In this document: positions 29,467 to 43,939 of the stretch, in pieces | Numbering within the stretch: the stretch's first letter is position 1 | How the letters are laid out: every line of letters starts with the position of its first letter | Program-made: the position numbers and the translations under genes | Source: Chrysomallon squamiferum | Lineage: Eukaryota > Animalia > Mollusca | Direction: 5' to 3' | Assembly (NCBI GenBank): GCA_012295275.1 | Contig: CM022670.1 | Span: 6,138,001 to 6,202,000 of the forward strand | DNA length: 64,000 nt | The notes under the pieces: generated by a model | Told to the model about the DNA's origin: nothing | Databases searched by the model: none | Seen by the model: the letters and a program-made list of their open reading frames with translations, nothing else

Positions 29467-31990
29467 TAAGTAACTTCAGATTATTGTCAATATAATAGTA
29501 CTTCATTTTCTTATTGTCTGAACAGTTCAGGTCTCTGTCAGCATTGCATGTTGTATCACTGGCTGTTTATGTATCAGATTACTGTTACTGTATTTGATTA
29601 ACAGATTAAGCAATTTCAAGCTTTTGTATCCATAATTTTGTTACATTGCACAATTAACTACACCAAATAGTAATTTTACAATGAATCATGAATTTGCCAA
29701 ATTTTCTGGAATTTTTAGACGATTTGCCTGACAAAGATGCTGTATTAATTACTGAGTTTTGAGTATGCTCAGATAGAAGAATTGTAAAATATAATGTATT
29801 TTTTAATCTTTGTAAGCAGTAATTTGTATTTGTTTACAAATCTGTGAGCACAACATCATAATCATTTTATAGTAATTTGAATTTCTCTTTTGTATTACAA
29901 AGTGTGTAAATAAGTTATAAGTGGATTATGCAAACACATGATAAATACATAACACACACAGTATATTGTTAATAAACACCAAACAAGTAATATACACCTG
30001 GTAAATACACAATATATATACTGTTAATAAGCACTACCCATGTAATATACATGTGACAAATCACAATATGTATAATACATTGTTAATAAACACTAAACAT
30101 GTAATATTAACTATCTCACAATGCACAAAATGAATTACCTTTTGAACTTTTTCACTACAAATCTTCATTTACTGCCACCAAAGTGCACTTCATCCTTTCT
30201 TATAATTAAATCTGCAGTTTGTATAAAACAAAATACTGAACATTGTTTAAAAATGAAATATCTGTCAGATTTCTGTTTCACCAAAGACAATTTGTAATTA
30301 TTTTTATTCTTTATCTTAACTCTAGTTATTTTTTTATGTTCTTGCTTGTATTACTGTCATTTGATCACATTTGTTTATTTAAATGACAATTTATAAACTG
30401 TTGTCATATATCATTGATTGTATTTAAAATTCATAAAATGATATTTACAGTTTTATATGAGATAATTTTTTTAAATTTTTTTTTCTAATCACTGGAACAA
30501 AACTTCATATATTGATAAATTGATGTTTAATTAATTATTTTAATTACGCATTTAAAACATTCATCTGATAGTGTAGTTTTTTTTTTGCTATATTTCATTT
30601 ATTGAAAACCGGTGTTGATAGCATGTTTAATCAGTTGAATTTTTATGTTTTACTTTTTTACTGCACAGACTTTAAATAAATCAAGAAATAAATGCACGAT
30701 ATTTCAGATGATTTTCTGAAATATTCTTCTGATTATTAATCTTGGATTGTTATAAAGAATACCAATAATTTAACCAAATAAAAATAAAAATTTCATTTGT
30801 CTACAAAACATTTTTCTCTGGTGATTTAGTGACTGTAAAGACTGACTATTGCTTTCACCATTTAATTGAAGCTGTGAGGCAGTGTAAATAATAATAAAAT
30901 TACATTAAAATTCCACATAATAAAAATGAGCAAAAATTTCAAGTTAACATTGTACATATATTACACTTTATAAGCATAATGAAACATTAACAGATGTTGT
31001 AATCATATTTTTGTCTGTGGACAAATTTGATAAGTTTTAGAATTACCCTCTTTATTCAGTTATAAAATTAATAGTTTTTAACCAACTTTCCTTTTTTTTT
31101 TTTTTTTTTTATATTATCTTTTCATTTGTACATCTGCAAAATAATTTTAAGTTTTATTACAGCTTTGTTCTAGCTTGTCAAACGTTTGATCATGTAATAG
31201 TGCTGTGTTAAAAATTGTGCAAAACAGAACATATTTTAGACATCTTGCAAAAAATCTGAAATGATGTTCATTTGTTAAGTTTTAGAATGGTAATGATAAT
31301 AAAACTGATTTTTGATACATCATGTGATTTGTTGTTATTTCTTAGATTCTTACTTAAAATATAAGAACAAAAAATTGTGTTTTGTTGTTGGTTTAAGCTA
31401 ATTATGTTACATTAATGTAATAATGTAAGAAAGTAAATGCAAATATAGTTATAGAAAATTTATCTTAAGATGAAATATATTTGTTTAGGTGAATAAAGTT
31501 TGGGTGAATATAAGAGAATTGTCAATACAAAAGAAATAATAAATAATTAAATAATAAACATAGACGAAAACAAAGCACAAAATAGAGATGGGTTTAGTGT
31601 AATTAACACCTTGTCATGAATACTTAGAATGACTGTATTTACAAGTTTTAAGCTTCTGTTACATCATTATTTTTATTTATTAATTTTTAATTTATTTTGT
31701 TTTAAATTTAATTTTTTTTTTTTTTAATACTTCATTATTATAGGATGGTGGAATTGTGTCGACTAACTTTGCTCTTGTAATGGATTGTTATAAATCTGGT
31801 GAATCGATTGGTGCCGATCTATATGCTGTATGTTCATCCATATGCGTTAATTTAGTTTGAGCGCGAATTCGTAGGAGGAGAACACAAGGAAAGAAAATCA
31901 AGAGCAAAAAACCTCAAATAGGTGGCGCTTTGATCAATCAAAACAGGAAATGTCCAAGCACATGTGAATCTGTAAACATTGAAGTGTAAG

Positions 31991-34900
31991 ATGAAGGAAA
32001 CACCGCTGTCTAACTGTGAAAAGGAATTTATCCTAAAAATTATCGCAGATAAAAAGGTTAATAATATCAGAAAAATATATTTACAACCTTATAATGAGGA
32101 ATAAAAATCATTTGTTACTGTAAAAAAACAAAAAACTGTCGCACTCACAGAGTATTAAGGTTATTTTAATATTTATATATTTGACATTTATAAATTCACA
32201 CCGTCATTTTGGGGGGTTTGATTCATTATATTACTTCTCCAGGAAAAGCAATTTAGCTGCTACAGATATTGTTATATTATTATAGTGCGGATCATATTAT
32301 TTTTTATAAGAAATATAATATGAAAAAGGAAAAACAAATCATGTCGGAATAATTATTACAATATAATGAATATTAGTTTCCGATCAGTTTATTAAATGTA
32401 TGTTAGTAAAGTCCATATTTGTAAATTATAATATTTATACTTTTCAACAGAGTGACAATAAATTACATTATCTTATTTTAAACTGATATGATAAACATTA
32501 TACAGAGACTGGATGGAAGACAAACATTTGACTATAGAAAGATTCGCATCTCGTTTGGTGTCGACAGAGGATGTTGTCAAGTACAGATAGGAGAAACAAG
32601 GTTTGTGTAAATATTGTAATATTAATTCCATTTAAAACATGCATATAAATAACTTAATCAGTAATACATATTATCAGTAACATTATTGTTTTATAATTGT
32701 TATTATACGCCTAAAAAAAAAAAAAAAAAAAGAATATTGTGTGTAAAAACAGATTAAATACCAGTAATATTGTTGAATTTATGCCTTTCAGACTGTGAGG
32801 CCAAATTTAAATTTTATATAAAGTTAAATTCTTATTTTCAGTATATATTTTAACAAAATTTCAGAGTTCTTGCACAAATATCAAGTGAAATTATGGCACC
32901 CAAACCAACTCGCCCAACAGATGGCATTCTGTTTGTCAATGTAGAGTTATCCCCAATGGCCAGCCCCAGTTTTGAACCTGGTCGGTGAGTACTTAATACT
33001 TCAGTAATCATTATACCAATAATATATTTTTATTGTGAAATAATTACTAGAGATTAAATGCTTATTTCAAATCTGTGGAAATCTGATTATAAAATAAAGA
33101 TGTTCATTTTTAAATTGCTTTAGATTCTAAAAGTTAAACTAGATAATGATTTTATACAAATTATTTACCATTTGTTTTTGCTTCTTAGTTTTTCAGATGA
33201 AAGATATAAACTTCATTTACTGGTATATGTTGTTCTAATAATTAAAATAAATCAGACAATTCTCAGCAAATAAATATAGTTTATTCATGATTCTCACAAA
33301 ATTATTCAAACAAATTTATTTATCTAAATCATATGAGAAATAATTTATTAAAATATGATTGCTTCATTGGACCAGAGTTACTTTGAAGTAGTCATATTTT
33401 GTCAATTTTAAAAATTATACTCCCTTTTTAATAAACAAAATTACCTTCCCAGAAAAGAAAACCCACACAAATGAAACCTTTATATTTAATTAATATATTT
33501 TTACATAATTATTTTTAATTAAATTAATGTTTTATTTATGTGCAGTCAGTCAGAATTTGGAGTTGAACTAACTCGACTGTTAGAACGATGTTTGAAGGAA
33601 TCTCGTTGTATTGACACAGAATCCCTATGTATTGTTGCTGGTCAGAAGGTGAGTTACTTCCCTTGACATTTTTTTCTTCCCTTAGATTTCAAATGCACTA
33701 ACACTCTTTTTCCTGTCCAAAAAACCCCCAAAACATTTCAGAAATAAAATATTGATTTGTTTTCTTTGTGATATTGTGTGGATTCATTTATGATTACTGT
33801 TATCATTAAATTTTAATATATTTGTATTATATTTCAGGTGTGGTGTATTCGTATTGATATTCATGCACTCAATCACGAAGGAAACTTACTGGACTGTGCC
33901 AGCATGGCAGCCATCACTGCACTGGCACATTTCAGGTACCAGAAAGATTTTATTTGTTTATCACATTTTAAAAAACTTATGATCTTGAAAAAATAAGAAC
34001 ATAGAAAAAGTTTTATTTTTTTATTTTTTTTTGTTAGTCAAAATTAAACTAGAATGAGTACAGATAAATATGCAGTTTTTCATGATTTATCACTAAGTGT
34101 GTTTCTCAAATAAATTCATTACTACTTTTATAACAGGTGTTTAAAAATCTTCTGAATATCTGTAGATTGCAATGAATATTATATTAAATGGACTGATTAC
34201 TAAAATTAATAAATTAAAGAAACAGTAAATTACAGTCTGTTTGTATTTATTTATGACAGTCCATAGAATTGTTATAAAATAAAACAAATTTTTTAATTTA
34301 CATGTAAAATATTATAGTATTTAGTGGTAAGTGATTAATTAAAATGTTTTATTATTTTAAATTATCTTTTTTCACAGACGTCCAGATGTAACTGTGTCTG
34401 GTGAGGAAGTTACTGTGGTAAGTCAATTCCATCTAAAACCTCTACACATTTATAATTTTTAACTTTTTATTGTGAATATTAATATTTGTTTTCTAACATT
34501 ACGACATTTTATAAAATGTTTTATTCAGAGAAATATTGTTGTTGTAGAAATAAGTAATAGAAGAAGTTGTTGGTGTAATAATAATTTATTTTTATTTTCA
34601 ATCTGTCAGCACGCACCAGAAGATCGTGACCCAGTTCCTCTGAGTATACATCACATGCCAGTCTGTGTGTCATTCGCGTTCTTCGAACAGGGGTAAATAA
34701 CAGCAGTTGTTAATAACCATAGAACATGACAAAACATCGATGAATTTAGTTAATTATGTCAAATTAATTTTCATTACACCTGGAATAGAACAAAATTTAA
34801 TAATTGGTTTAAAGAAATGAAATAAATGTTCCAAAAGATAATTATTTATTACTGTACATTTATTGTTGTTGAAAAAGCTTTGCTACTCCAAACGGTTTAA

Positions 34901-35687
34901 CAGTTTTCATGATAATAGTTTTTAGTGGAACTCATGATCCTGTTAGAAAATTAAATTGGAGATGGTCAAATTTACATAGATTTTGAAGTCTAAATTTGCA
35001 GCTGGAAATGGTATCAATGTTGTTTGTTTTTTAACGTAGATAACTATATTTTCTAATTTTATTTTGTCCAGATAGCTTAATTATTTTTAAAAATTACAGA
35101 ACAAATAATTATCTTGTTACAAAGGTGAAGGTTTAAGCTGATGTTGTGTTTTGTTTTACTTCAGTAAGTTTCTTTTGGTTGATCCGAGCCTAAAAGAAGA
35201 ACAAATAATGGATGGGAAGATGGTAATAGGGATGAATAAACACAGAGAGATTTGCATGCTGCAGATCACTGGAGAAATGTTGCTGCTCAAAGACCAGGTT
35301 ATTTATCATTTAATAGAGAGTTAGTGAATTTCCAGTAAATAAACCTCTCAAACAATAATTAATAAATTCTAAATCCTTCATACTTTTCGTTTACTGATGT
35401 TCAAATTATGTTTCTTTATTTTTTTACATGAATGAATATGGACATATTCTTTTATGTACATCAATTATAAAATAAATAATTTGTAATGAAAATTTTTTAT
35501 TATAATTATTTTTATTTTTTAGACTTGTGTTGAATCAGTAATATAAGTTGCACATTTTTACTTAACATCTAATAATGAGCTCTTTTTTTTCAGGTTTTGA
35601 GATGTTCCAATGTAGCTGTTGTCAAGGTTTCTGAAATCACAGAATTAATTCAAAAAGCTTTAGAAAATGATAAAAAAGCAAGGTGAG

Positions 35688-35725
<38 letters not shown>

Positions 35726-38330
35726 AGAAATATAAATTAATACTGATCTAATAAATATGTCAAATAAAAATAAGACCAATATCATTATAAAAAAACCACA
35801 AAAAAAAAAACTTCATGATACAGAAGAAAAAAAGATTATTTAAAATATGACTGTACTAGTTATGTAAAGTAATATTTAATTTGTATTTTACAAGTTTTAT
35901 TGAATGTTTTTACTATTAAATCTGAAGACAGCTGTCTGTCCAGGAGAATTTAAGAGAGTGGATCTGTATTTAATTTTTTTTTTAGAAAAACTAATAATAT
36001 AATTATCTGCAAATATAATGTTGCTGTATCCTTCTACAGATAAACTATGCAGCTGCAATTAGAGTTATTAATATGCTTTCTGATATTTGTTTATATTCAA
36101 ATATAAACATATTTTCTTTTCACTTGATATCCAAACAAATACAGTGAAATTCTGCAGTATATAAAATATACAAGAAATTAAAATTTGTTTTTCAGAGCAT
36201 CTGGTGGAAAATGTGGATTTGCAGAATCCCTGGACATAGAAAAAATCAACATCAACCAAACAGAGGCACAGGATGTGGAGATGGTACTTGATGATGACAA
36301 TGCTGATGAAGATGAAGACAACATGGATGTTGTAGATAAACAGAATGGGTCAGATTTGTATTACTATTTTTTTTATTAATTGTCTTTTCACTGCTTCTCT
36401 CTGTTTCCATGTTAACTAGGATTCTTCTGTTTTTCTTTTGTGTATCTTGTCACAGTTTTATATACATACATTGATTCAAGGGTAGGTTCAAAGGGATTGA
36501 GGTAATTTTATTATAGATCAAATGTCAAGCTAATGTTGAACTCAAATGTTGACATATGTTATTAAATAATAAATAATTTACTGGAAGTTCAATCTTTTAT
36601 TAAATAACTTGTAAATCACCAAGGTTTATAATGAAGGTCGTCATAAAAAACATTATCGTTATTTTCATCATTAGTGTTGTTGTTGTTGTTGTAATAGTTG
36701 TGTTTGTGAGTGTATACAATGTTTAAATATAAAACTAATTAATTTATTTGTAGATTTGAAGACAATATCAAGGTTTGTGTTCTGGTAAGATATGTGGTTT
36801 TTAAAATTATTTTCATTATATCATAAATATAACCATTGTTTATAAATTATTATAATCAACCTATCATCTTACTGAGAAGTTTGTTATATTATAAATAATT
36901 ATTTTAATTTTTAATAACTTGAAAAAATATTGTAAGTAATATATATATTAAGTAATTTTGTGTTGTGTGTTTAGGGTAAGGGTCTGGCTACAATTGGGGA
37001 GGGGGGACCAAGCACCTGGGATGTTGATGATGACATGGAGGATGAGCTTCAGAAAGAAGTTGAATTAACAGACGGAAACAGACAACAACAGACAGACACT
37101 GACATCTCAGCAAGAGTAGAGAAATTTCTCAGCATGGTTAAAAAAGGTGACAGTATAATTTTTTTTTTTTTAAAGTTTGATACTTGAAATACTGTAAAGT
37201 ATTTTTAGAGCTAATCTGTTAAAACAAACCAAGGAATCATTAAACTTGTGACTTGATGAAGACATTGTGATGTTTTACGTTACTGGAAGTCATGTAGTGT
37301 GAAAATATTAAAAGAGAATTCAGCTGTCTAACAGTAGAGGTCTCCCTCTTCAAACTGTTACTAGTTTAGTTTCTGACAGATTTTAGCTTTGATTAAAAAA
37401 AAAAACCCCAGATATTGTAATACAAAATGTTATATGTAAAAAGAAAATGAATAATTTTGTAATTTGTTTGGATGGGGACACCTTAAAAGTCTACAATTAC
37501 CTTTCAATAATTTGTTTTTCTTTTATACTAGGTTTATCTAAGATTCTTTATTTTTTACTTTTCATTTTATCATTTTATTTATTTTATTATTTTTCAAATT
37601 TATCATTATTATTATTTTATTTTTATTTTATTTAGTATTCATGTTTTTATTTCATTTTTTATTTTGTGTATGTTTGTGTTCATGGACAAAGATGTTTGTT
37701 TTAGAAGCAGAACAAGTTGTTGTGGACTGTGATGAAAGCAGTGAAGAGGAATCTGTGGTGGTTCTACAAGATGTAGAGGGCACAACCAAAAGGCGAGTAC
37801 ATTTAATTATTCTTAAATTTTGATAATGCTGTTATTAGTGTGAATGTTTCAGACACCTTGGTGTTTGTGAAAATTTAAATTTTGTTTTCATATCTTCAAA
37901 CTGAGACCAGTGTTAGAAATCTTGTGAATGTTTGTTTAGAATGTTAAAAATCATTTCAATCATACAGACAGAAAAGGTTGTTTATTTTTTAAAAGGTTTT
38001 AAATGCAATGTAAATTTAACAGCTCTGTGAAAAATGTCATGCTCTGGTCTTTAGCTAATTAGTTACAGTGGGATATCAATTGTTTTTTTTAACTCTTTTT
38101 CACAAAATAAACATCAATCGAACAGTTCATTAAAATCCTTGAAATCAGCTTTTACTGACTTATTTGTTTCTTTATAAAATTCTTATTATCATTTCTTTTT
38201 GTACAGTAAGAAGAAATATGATAAAAGTAAAACTGGTCTTACAGTGTCTGGAGTTACTGACCTCACAAAATTAGAAAACAAAGAAAGATCAACAAAACAA
38301 AATTCAAAAGGGAAAAAGAAAAGAAAATAG
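31991..38330 (+). CDS. EXOSC9: Exosome complex component RRP45 (EXOSC9), about 464 aa
   Basis: Fourteen exons: 31991-32056, 32506-32600, 32865-32984, 33546-33648, 33838-33935, 34378-34417, 34610-34692, 35165-35297, 35594-35682, 36196-36348, 36754-36784, 36975-37146, 37705-37792, 38207-38330. Diagnostic segments are MKETPLSNCE, RLDGRQTFDYR, CIDTESLCIVAGQKVW, RDPVPLSIHHMPVCVSFAFF and MNKHREIC. The C-terminal tail is acidic then Lys-rich. Confidence 0.96.
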
Positions 38331-38747
38331 TTGACAGTTGTATTTTGTTATTTGTACATAAAGACTGGTTTAATTATCTGATTTTTGTTTTTTTTATTTC
38401 CCTAAATCAGTATAATGATTTTAAAGGGACACAGAAATCTCCTACTACTAATAACAAAGTAAAGAAACACCAGTTAAAGAAAAATACAAAGTTTTAGCTT
38501 TTGACCCTTTCCAGCCTGCAAATCGAGTGTTTGAGAATAGTAATCTGTTGCTAGAAGGATCACATAACATGTTGTGATGTCAACCTTAGTCTGATCATTA
38601 ACCTCTTTCACAACATTGCTGTGTTTTCCTGCCCGATAAAAATTTGGGTTGTATTGATTACAGATCTTCAGTGTCATAAAGATATTTATAAAAAATTTCC
38701 AGTTAGCTGTCAGTATGATGAATATTTTATAGTACTGCCAGAGCAGG

Positions 38748-38753
38748 AATAAA
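38748..38753 (+). terminator. Candidate EXOSC9 polyadenylation signal
   Basis: First AATAAA I found downstream of the EXOSC9 stop at 38330. Confidence 0.35.
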
Positions 38754-39282
38754 GTCTAGACACTAACCAGTCAGATATTAACATTAGTCCCACCAAATCT
38801 GAAGTACAATATGTATGTAAATCTGCCACATCTGCCATTTACATAATTTGAGTTTCACACCAACAGTTTGTTACTGGACTAAGAGTCACAGTATGATCAC
38901 TCATTTACCAATTTTGAATGAAGCCAATTTTTATACCAGCGATTGCAAGTACAAATCCTTACACTAAACAATATAGGTCGAGAGAAGAAAGGAAAACAAA
39001 AATCAAAACACTTGAAATATAAACTGCCTACATTTCTTGTATCAGATTTCACCGCAAGGTCCACTTTTCAGTGATTTGGTACCTATACAACAGTATGTAC
39101 AGTACTTGTCTTAAAAGCTATTTGTGCAAACAAGCTCAGTTCATATTTTCCAGTGTCTAAAAATTAGAAATTTCTATGAGAAACAAAAGCAAATGTTGTG
39201 CAAATTAATACTTCCTACTGAAATCTTTTTAATACTTGGCAAAACTACAAATACAACAATTCAGAACATCAACTTTATACAC

Positions 39283-39317
39283 TTTATTGCGTAATTGTAC
39301 ATGAGTTATACATAAAA
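39283..39317 (-). promoter_or_regulatory. Cyclin A polyadenylation hexamer with upstream CPE
   Basis: Minus-strand AATAAA at 39288-39283 and TTTTAT at 39317-39312, about 800 nt downstream of the stop codon. Confidence 0.5.
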
Positions 39318-40093
39318 GACTGCTAAAAACAACATGTTACTAAAAATATACACATCTCACTTAAATCGCATGATCAGAAATTTGCCTGTACACATGCACC
39401 GTAAACAGCACTACACCATCGCTGTTGTCGCTATGTTGAAACTGTGCTGACATCGTCACCAGCACAATAGAATGACAGAAGAGAGAAAAGAAAGAAAAAT
39501 TCAGTACACTTTTGGCATCAGAATAATAAATAATCGACAAGAGAAAAACAGATGAAAGAATGAAGGAATAAAGGCTGAAGAAAAAAAAGGAAGAGTAGAT
39601 AATAAATATATGAAAAAAAAAAAGTGCTACAGTAGACATGTTAGTAGTTCTATGTATGTACAAGTTTTTGTCAAGCAGCCATTGTCGAAAATCACCAGAC
39701 GTCAGTCATTTTGTCATGATTAAGAAATACATAGTGTGCTACCCAACACACCCTACAGTGCACACATTTTAAAAATCTTGTGCATGCTGTACGTAGATTT
39801 CTCAGTAGTAAACATTTGCTCTCTATAAAATAAAATATCCTCGAAAAGAGGCCATTTTATAAATTTTTGACATGCAAAAATGCATTCGCTCCCCAACTGT
39901 CATTTCTTTCACACACATTCACACAGTTAAGAATGTTATTGCACGCATTTTAAAACAATAGTCGTAGTTAAAATGAATATGTCTAAAATGATGTACGAAT
40001 CTAAAAGTGGTCTGGGTTTAGCTGAGCACACTGCCGGGCCGGCAGACTTTATCCTTCTGCTTGAAAGAACTCGGGTATCCGTCTCTTGTACGT

Positions 40094-43000
40094 CTAAACC
40101 AACAGCTCCAGAGACACTGGTGGACTTAATGTTGACACTTCATGAAACCTTAAACAAAATTTTATAAATACTAAAATGTACAAGAAATGTTAAACTGTTC
40201 TCTTTATGGTGTAATTGTAAACTGACATGTTTAGGTCAGCAAAACTGAGAATTTTTATCTTTGTTACACTAAATTTGATAAAACATCTTGTTATTTAAAC
40301 TTGTGGTTTAACTAAAAAATTTCAGTACGAAAAAAAAGCAACTCAATATGCAGTCTTGTACCAGATATTTCAGAATCACTAAGTTTATAAGTATTTTAAA
40401 ATCAACCAAACAATACTAGATCAACTTACTTTGATGCTTTGTATTTTTCACGGATGGCTTGCTGTGGGTGACTGGGTGAGTTCTTGAAAGCTTTGAATAG
40501 ATCCTCCACACAGTTGTAAAAATGACACACCTTGTACCCAGTAAGACGCTCCAAACTTGAAGACTGAAAAAGTAATGACATTTTAAATTTTTTATTTCAA
40601 ATAAGAAAATAGAATAAAAAATTCTAGTTTTACAGGTTTGGTTTTCAAGTGTTACTGAACAACAAAGTTTAAAATTACCCAGGGTTCTCTGCCAAGTGTG
40701 TAGTTGGCGAGACACAGCGCTGCTGATGCCAGGATGCTGGGCAGGTAGTCCAGGAAAGGATCACTGTCAATCATTGTCAACTCAGCCAGGAACTTTAAAA
40801 TAGAATTAGTGGTCATTAGTATTTTACTAGTGAAATTTATCATTCACATTAAAATAAATTTACAGAAAGTCACTAGTACACTTATTACGAAGAAGGCAAC
40901 TAATCAGGTCTTTCAGAATTACTAGACACACGAAAGTGACCGTCCTTTTAACTACTTCACAGAAACACTAATAGACAGATCACTGGAATTAAGGATTTTA
41001 AAAAAACTTGTAGAAATGAAAGGACAGAAATGGAGAATTTCTATGTGTTCAACAAATTTAATTCTACTGCAATATTAAAAACTGGTTATTATGATCTAAT
41101 TAAAATTGTGAACAGAATAATTTAGGTTGTTGACATCAAGGTACTTGTATTATACTTACGAAGGTTAAAGACTCAGTCTTGGAATCTGCCTCATCAAGTT
41201 TCAACATCCGCTCACAGAACCAGTTTGTTGTTGGCACAGCAATGTCGAATGTCAGGACTTTCAAAATGAGATGTTCCATACGCAGCACCTGTCAAAAACA
41301 TAATACACTTTAGCAGAGTCACGTATTGCAGCAGAATACATTTTAGATCATAATTTACAACAGCAACAAGAGATTTTATATTCAGAAATGTTAAGACCAC
41401 CTACTTTACCAAGTCAGTTATACCAGTTATACGGTTCCGAGTCAGTCATTTACTTTGCATTAGGCAAGTAATTACATCAGTGGGAACATTCAACCTTATT
41501 TTAACAGTTTGATATCACAACTTCCATTTCCATAACCCATCAATGGAACTAACATTTTTAACTTACAAAAGACTCCCTGTTTTAAATGCAGTGAACATCG
41601 ATTTCAAGGCAACATTTTATCTGTACATATAGTGTCAGGCAATCACTTACCTGCTGCTTTGTGTACGTGTTGTCTGTGATGTAGACAAACTCCAACACAT
41701 CTGGTGGATAAATTTCCTCATATTTCCTGCAATAAAAAAAAACATTTCTACGTTGAAACAGATCAGAACTAAATTCCTTCATCTTATTTTACGAAATGAA
41801 GGAAAAGACACAGAAAACTATTTTTTTTTTTTTTGCCTGGTCAATAGTGATCACATTTTCAAGAAATAAAGAAATACAGAAAGAATTTTGTGCATTAAAA
41901 ATGTTTAATTTTAATTTTACAAACTTTAAAACCTCGTGCTCTAACAAATGGATTAAAACCTTAGTATCAACAGTTTAAAAAAACAGGTGTGAATAGCTAC
42001 ATTGATGTTCTCTCAAACAAAGCCTCACCCTGCCAAAAACATGCTTGCTGCCCCAACGAGCTGCAATTTTCCCCTGAGCACCGAGAGCTGTGAGAGAAAC
42101 CTGTCTATGTAGTTCACAGCAAGAAACAGCGTCTCCCTGTGAATCTTGTACTCCTCAGACACCTCGACCAGCCAGTCCACCAGAATACTTCTCATTGAGT
42201 TTGTGATGTCAGGCTGTTTCTTCATGTAGCCTGGCTTCGGTCGGTTCTTCAACTGGAATTTAACATTTCACATTAAATTATTAAAAGTTGGTGGCCACAC
42301 AAACACTTCAGAATTTGTTTTCAGAAATGAACAGAATAATTGTGTAATCACTACTGTAACTATATATATTGTATTAAAAATAATTCACAATACTGCAGTG
42401 CATTAAATTTTCCAAAACAGACTAATTGTTATGGAAATGCCCATTAAATACGTACTGTTGATTACTTGGACCATTTTTTCTTTCTTAAATTTTATTTAAG
42501 GGTAAATTGATGGGTTTTTTAAAGCAATTCCTGTTTGCAGATTTTGGGACTTGATTGTTTCAGAAATGCTACAAGTCCTCTGGTACTGTACATCTGACAA
42601 CCATGCTTGAAATTATTCAAGGATAAATAGTTTGAGGTTTTAAATCTACCACTGCAAGTTCACTATTGTGCAAGATTAAAATGTAAAATACATAAAATTT
42701 GGGTAGTATTTTTTATTTGTATTTGTTCTGTGCTTTGTTTCTCATTACCTCAGCTTCCTGGAGGTAAGCAAAAATATCTTCAGCATATTCTGGTACATCA
42801 AGAATAATGGCTTCTCTGTCCAATGTGGTTTTTTCTGATATGCCATCCAAAGTTGTGTCAAGAACCATAGGTGAAGCTGAAAATTATTTGAAACATTTGC
42901 TTATAAAGGTTTTAATTCTTTAACATTCTGCAAGAATATTGTTAACTAATCTATGAACATTTTAAAGACCATTTAAAGTATTTCCACGTGTTTTCATTGT

Positions 43001-43753
43001 TTTAAGGTCAGTGCCCATAATGTGTTTTGTTGGATATAAACATTTAAATTTTTATTAAATTGAAAATTAATGTGCAATTGTATTATACCAGATTCATCGT
43101 CATCGACGGTGATTGCATCCACGGTTTCCAGTGACGTCAAAGCTTCCTCCGTCGACGGCAGCGATGACAAAGCTTTGTTCAACTGAATTTCTCGAAGTGC
43201 ATTACTGTTTTTAGGTGGAACGCATTCTAGTTTGCTGGCATTTTCCTTTGGTTCATCAACAAATATTGAGAATGTATCAAGTTGAACACAGCAAGATTTC
43301 TGCTTCGTTTGTGCATTTTCACTTTGTCCCTGTAACAAAGAAACCCGGAAGCACGTGAATTCACTGCAACCTTCACAAATTCAAAAATGTATACTTTACA
43401 GCGCTAATATTTTCTTGAGCATTTAATTTATTACTGCATATATTAAGTATTAATTGCACAATGAAAATGTATAGAAAGCATATGTATTTTAATACATCAT
43501 AACATTCAAAATAATAAATCCAGTTTTTTTTCCCCCACCTTTCTTTTTAAAATGAGAAAACGCTAACCTTTGCAACACGGGATGGTTGAACTCTGATTTG
43601 ATTTGTGATGGTCCCAAGTGCCGTGCGTTTTGGAACAAGTGTATTAGGTCCTAATTTAGACAAAGCATCACGTTTCGTCTTCTTTCCACCTTGAATCTGT
43701 GCATTTTCAGCATTTGAAACTCTTGGAAAGTTCGAACCATGTACGACCGACAT
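40094..43753 (-). CDS. CCNA: Cyclin A, about 428 aa
   Basis: Nine exons: 43753-43568, 43329-43089, 42876-42749, 42252-42029, 41726-41651, 41288-41160, 40792-40679, 40563-40430, 40148-40094. It has the D-box RTALGTITN, the cyclin box [16 protein letters not shown]...[27 protein letters not shown] and the C-terminal QQAIREKY. Confidence 0.96.
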
Positions 43754-43939
43754 GCTTATTTTGACCGTTGATACTACACTTCAATATCTGCAAATAAATC
43801 CTCTCCTGCAAATATTACGAAAAAGCTGATTTAAAAAAGTTACTGTATTCTAAAATATAATGCTAAAATGAACTGCAATCAATGACTTGCAGTCACGAAA
43901 CTTATGTTTTGTAAAGTTCTTTTCTGAACATCGGTCAGA

